From: Ascidiella aspersa
Lineage: Eukaryota
Direction: 5' to 3'
Length of the DNA stretch: 64,000 nt
Assembly: GCA_963924565.1 (NCBI GenBank)
Contig: OZ004608.1
Location: 16,492,001 to 16,556,000 of the forward strand
The notes below the pieces were generated by a model. The model was given only the letters and a program-made list of their open reading frames with translations, was not told the DNA's origin and made no database searches. This document shows positions 54,801-60,800 of the stretch, piece after piece (positions within the stretch are counted from its first letter, which is position 1; the number at the start of each line of letters is the position of its first letter). The position numbers and the translations under genes are program-made.

Positions 54801-57800
54801 ATATTTATTATTTCCACATTTACAAAAATAAAATAATGCGAAATAGGCCGAACAGATGTTAAGTTAGGAAACCATGACTTAAGTCAGTTTGTTATTGTGA
54901 TCTGTTGTGATCTGTCACGGTCATACATGCTAACTTGTTAAATATTTGACGAATCGATAGACGCAATCGCACATAAAACAACCGTTCAGTGCTTTAAAAT
55001 AACAATACCTCTCTCAACAACATATCATCACATCAACATAAATGGCTTAAGCTATAACTTTGCAAGAATGCATCGAATTAAACACGTCTAACAATCAACG
55101 TGTTAAAATATCAAGTGTTTAATCGTCAACATGTTTAAAATCGTTAATTGTGCTTAAAATATCCCAATATTCGTTGTTAAACACGTCAAAATATCAGGTG
55201 TTTAGCATAAAATCGTTCAGGTGTTTAGAATTTAAACATCAAAATTCAAATTAAACACAAAGGTGTTTAAATTAGGTGTTTAAGTGTTTAGAATTTAAAC
55301 GTGCTTAGACCGTTTTGGTGTTTAAATTTAAACACCGTTCTGACAGTGTAGCATTATCGAGACTGGCAAACCCGTTTCAGACTTGGCGAGAAAACATGAT
55401 GGAATGCGATCTGGTCATGCTTCTCATACAACTGGTTTGCTAGAATCATGCTTAAACAGAAAACATACGTTTAAATATTATGTGTCATTAATTTCTCGCG
55501 GTTGTTGGATCTACTAGGTTAACAGTTAATAATTTCTATACCAATTAACAAATTAACATTTTTGTTGCCAGAAAATGTCTGCCTCCTACACCAGCGGTCT
55601 CCAACCTATTGGTCGCCTAAACCTTTTATTGGGTCGCCAACACTCACCAATTCCTGTAGCGTTTAGTGATAAACCGCGCAATGAGTGTAATAAAAATGTT
55701 TAAACAAATAAAACCGAATCTAAACTTGTATAATAGTTTAAGCATAGCCAATCGCTTGTTTTATTTAGTTCAAGCATAACTTATCTAAAGCAAACTGGGG
55801 TCTTATTATACAGCTTCTAAATCGCTTCATTTACCTGCTGAGCTACATCGGGAATAAAGGGATGAAGGACAAGGGGATAATTCGGGTGCTCACCGAGACG
55901 CAGTTCATCCTGCACGTCCTCCACATCTTCTTCTGCTTCCTGGGTCTCTTCTGGGATGAGCTGTGCTACAGCATCCTGGTAATTGTTCTTTCGTCTTCGT
56001 TGTGCTACTAAGTCTCGCCTGCTAAGCAATAGGCATAACAATATAACATTCATAAAAACATGGCACAAAAAATGTATTGTTCCTAAACCTCATTGAATGG
56101 ACTTATCATTTTAAAATATTCTATAGTGGTGATTTTTTTAATATGATTTACCAATTACTGATGTATTGCAAGCACATTCAAAACTGTTTAACTATGTGTC
56201 CAATGTTCATTGTTCATGCTGGTTACAATATACATGAAATTCAAGACTTTTCGTTTAAGGTAAAGGACTATGATTTCAACTTTATATCAATTCGCTGTAA
56301 AGTATCCAGTTAAGCCATACACTTTTTTACATTGTTTAGTTGTTTGACCTGATCTACGGCGAAGAAACCTTGCTGAACGTGATTCGAAGCGTCACTCGCA
56401 ATGTGCGATCTCTATTGTTGACGGCAATGCTGGCCATTATACTCGTCTACATGTTCAGGTTGTTTTGCAGTTTCAACTTTATTCTGGTAACCCAAAGGAA
56501 ATTTCAGAACAGTGTTTTTTTCGTTTTAAACTTTTGCCATCTTTAAAAAGGTAAATATTGAACAAAATCATCTTCGATAAAAACAGAGTTTTTCGTTTCT
56601 ATTGTCGGCTTCTGTTTGTTTAACCTAATATGCGAAATTAATAGCTGTAGTTTTGGCGATTATTCAGTCACGTTTTTTTTTGTAAATGCTATTCACTCAG
56701 TTCTGAAATAAGTGTTTTTATTGCTTTAGGTTTGTTCAGGTGTAATTTTACAACCGTAAACGACTCGCAAAGCGTTCATAATAATCATCCAAGTCTGGAC
56801 AAGTCATTCGGCCATGTTTGTTTTCCGCTAACGACGTCCGCCCGTTGTTTTTCGCCGCAGCATCGTGGGCTACCTGTTCCTAAAGCAGGACTTCAAGGTC
56901 AGCGTGAACCCCAAGTGCGTGATCGACGATCCGGAGCGGCTGAGTATGCTGCGAGAGAAGCTGGACACGCAGATGAGAAACTCACAGGTTTGCAACCAGG
57001 ACGACGGAAGCTGCAATAACACGGGTACGAGTTAACTCCGCACATACTGTTACAATCCCTTTAATTCCAAAGCATATTTGTTCGGTACAGTAACAAGTTA
57101 AGCTATGTTAATTAGCGGTGCATTGTACAGTGTAAATTTTGATTAGCTGTTTATTAACTATGTATAATTTTTAGAATGACGTCACAAAGTTACGTAATAA
57201 AACAATTAATGCTAAAAACATCTGACGTGTCAAAGCGATGTCTTTCACAAATATGTATAGATGGAATACATGCTAATCTCGCGTAGCGCGAAAAACATGG
57301 CGTTTATTTGTTTAAATTTGTAAAACTACAACCAAAAGATTACGTGACGTATGAGGCATGGCGCAACATGACATAGTCTGCAAGCGCTTTCGAGCTAAAT
57401 AGATTTTCTTAAATCGTAAAACATAATAAAAACCTTTTTTTGTATTTAACTCAAAGTAGAGTTTATTTGTGTTTTCACTTTGCTTTTTTTGATAAATAAA
57501 GCTCAATTATAGTGATGGTAATTTGATATTTTCTTTTCTTTATGTACTGTAATTAAGATATGTTTTGGAGCATATTGGTTGGAAGTAGCAGTAAGACGTA
57601 GTAAAAATATCAAAGCTCATATAGAAGTAGGTAGCATTTTGAACGTTTCGAACATCTCTATGTTCATTTTAACAAACCTGTTCTCTCGTTAGTACTGCAC
57701 AATTTATCTTTACATTTAAACAATTTCGCAGCTTCCATTTTGCTAATTGCCTGAAAAACTACTTTGTCCTAAACGCGTATTTAAAGCTTATACTCTCTAA

Positions 57801-60800
57801 TAAACAGTGAACAACCTGTGGACGATGCCGGGCAACCACTCGCAGCAGTCCAACTCGCAGCGGGAACTCAACGAGTCGGCGCGAGTCAGCGACGAGATGC
57901 TGCAGCGATTCCTGTGCGACGGAAGCGAGTCGGTGGAGGAGAACCACTGCGAGTCCCTCCTCATGTGCATCATCACAACGCTCAACGAGGGACTGAGGAA
58001 CGGTGGAGGGATCGGTGACATCCTGCGCAAGCCCTCACAGTCGGTACGCGACCCCCAATCGATAAAACATTTGTGGCTTAATTAGGACTGACGCTAAATG
58101 CCGGTGTTGACTGTTGATTTTGGTATTTGTGCAGATCCGCTGGAAGTTCTTGGTGATTTTAGACATGGTTTGCGGTTTATAAATCGGCTTATGTTTCCTT
58201 GAAAGGTTTTTTTTCTGATATTTTATCTTAAAAGGTTGTTTAGTTTTTGGATCTAAAGCGAATTTTGGCTTAACAACGTGCAAAATATTTTGTTTCAAGT
58301 TTATCAGTATTGCTTTTTATCTATAAACGCCATTTAGGTATCGAATGGGACAGACTTAAATCCTAAATATCGTAACAATAGCCTACTGCCCTACACAATT
58401 AACTATCGTTGTCGGAAATTAACCTGAAGTCGGAAAACGGGTGTAGAGTGCGTCACAAAAACAGTTAGGTGCGTCACTAAAGATAGTCAGGTGCGTCACA
58501 ATGCCCTCAAGGGGCGGAAGTGGGGCGACTGAAGGCTTTAAAACAAGACTGATCAAGTGCGGGAAATTTGCGTGAATAAACCCGTTCACGCCTGTAAACC
58601 TGTTACTACTGCGTCGAAGAATGTTTGCAAATAGCAGGAAATGTGTGTGATACTTCGGTCGTTTTTAAACAGTGTTTGTAAGTTAACAAAACACTCGCCA
58701 TTTTATTACGAAAGGTGACCTATTCTGTATTACGTATTTTATAATTTAAAAGCCGGTAATTCGTGGTCTTTGATCACAAAATCATACTGAGTACGCCTTA
58801 CTTGTCTGATTAAAATATAAATGTTTTTTATGAGGACGATTACATCGAAAATTCCACTTTAGATGGGTTAAACAGTACATAAAAAATGTTTGACTGCTTA
58901 ATAGATCACGTATAAATGAAAGCCAACGTTTTTTACAACAATAAACTAAAAAAGAAAAAAGAAAAAAAAAGAGTTTTTTGAGCTGCATCGCACGCACTGA
59001 CGCACGTATATAGACCTAAAAAATATTCTTAATCGTTCATATTATTATTTTCATTATAATACTCATTTGTTAACTATTTTGTTTTACATTTAATTTCTGC
59101 TTTGTTAAGGAAATAGTATACTGAACTCCTCACCAATATAAGGATTTAAATAAATAAATAAAAATACTTGGATACGTTATTCTAGATTTAAAACATACTA
59201 TCTGGAATACCTCAGAATCTTTCTTTAAACATCCCCGACTATAACCCTAGCAGTTATTTAGAGATTGCAACCTATTGGTTTGTTTCGTTGGCAAAAGGTG
59301 TTAATTTGCCGTTTAATGCTGTGTACAAAACGCGTTGTAATACATTTTTTTGTAAACAAAACCTCAAAAATTTTGTACCGCCTACTTGAACAATTTTATA
59401 CTGTTCCAATTGTTCCCACTAAATTTCTGCAAGTTTTTCCACTTGTTTTCATAAGAAAGAAGGGTATTAATAATAAATTGCAAAGCCAAAAAGGTCGAGT
59501 AGATCGACATCATCTTGATTAAGACGTTTCGATACGAGTTTATATCATCTTCAGTTAATGTGACTGAGAAGCAATTCAAGCATTAGTTATAAGAGATGGG
59601 ACGCAATTGTTATCATTGTAAGTTCCGAAAGGAAGAGCATAATCAAGATGATGTCGATCTACTCGACCTTTTTGGCTTTGCAATTTATTATTAAGCTACT
59701 TTACCGATCCGTGCATAGTGTACCCAAGAAGGGTATTGTTTAGCATAAATCGCTGTTAATTCCCCTAGCACAGTAGTTCCCAGCCTTTTTTGTTCTGTGC
59801 ACCCTTTTAGTCGATATTCAAATCTAACTCCTCCCTACAAATTTAGTTTACAAAAATATCGTTTACATTAAAATTTTTTGTAATTTTCAGAAATTTAAAA
59901 CTGTAGTTTTGTTCTTTCTTTCTTTGTACATTCCCTTTCTGCATTTTCGAAATTTCTTTGTACATTCCCTTTCTGCATTGCTGCCTTGAATCGATTTAAT
60001 TATAGGAGAGCTTATTTTTTCTAAGCTCACATATGTCAAACGCAGGAATAACACATAGCACAGACAACCAGTAAGAGAATAATATTGTGACACAAATTCC
60101 CACCTACAAATTACAAAATTCCCCCTAGTGGGGAACCCCCCCCCCCCCTGATTGGGAACCACTGCCCTAGGACACTCTTGTGGTTATCAGACCCGGAAAT
60201 TAAGTTCAAACAAGATCATTTGATTTGTTAGTCAGGACCAGACCGTGCCCAATATCACGCGTCGTGAGGTGAAGCAAATCGTTCGTATGGTTGGCATAAC
60301 ACCTTTTTTCTACACAGGAGGGCTTTCTGTTCGTGGGCCGCGTCGTCTACGACCTGCTCTTCTTCTTCATTCTGATCATCATCGTCCTCAACCTCATTTT
60401 CGGCGTGATCATCGACACCTTCGCCGATCTGAGGTCGGAGAAGCAACAGAAGGACGACATCCTCAAGAACACCTGCTTTATTTGCGGTACGACTTGTCCT
60501 TTGCCACTTTTCTCGACACGGCAAATAACCGGTTATTATCGCCTATCAATAATAATCCTTACGTCATTCAAAATTCCAACCATATTGATTGCACAAAGAC
60601 GAGCAACGATGCCGACTGTGCCTTTGTTGACTGCAGGCCGCTAAATATTGTGACCCTTTTTTGAAGTTGTGTCTTTAGAAGTGGGCAGTATAAACGAATG
60701 TAAACGCCATGTTTATACTGCAATTGTTGTTCTATAATATGCTTGGTAATGACAGTTATACAATTTAAAAAATCGATTTTTAACTTACCAAAATTGGATG

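Noticed and set aside
12976-60524. Many minus-strand ORFs overlapping ITPR exons
   Set aside because: Antisense shadows of GC3-rich coding exons
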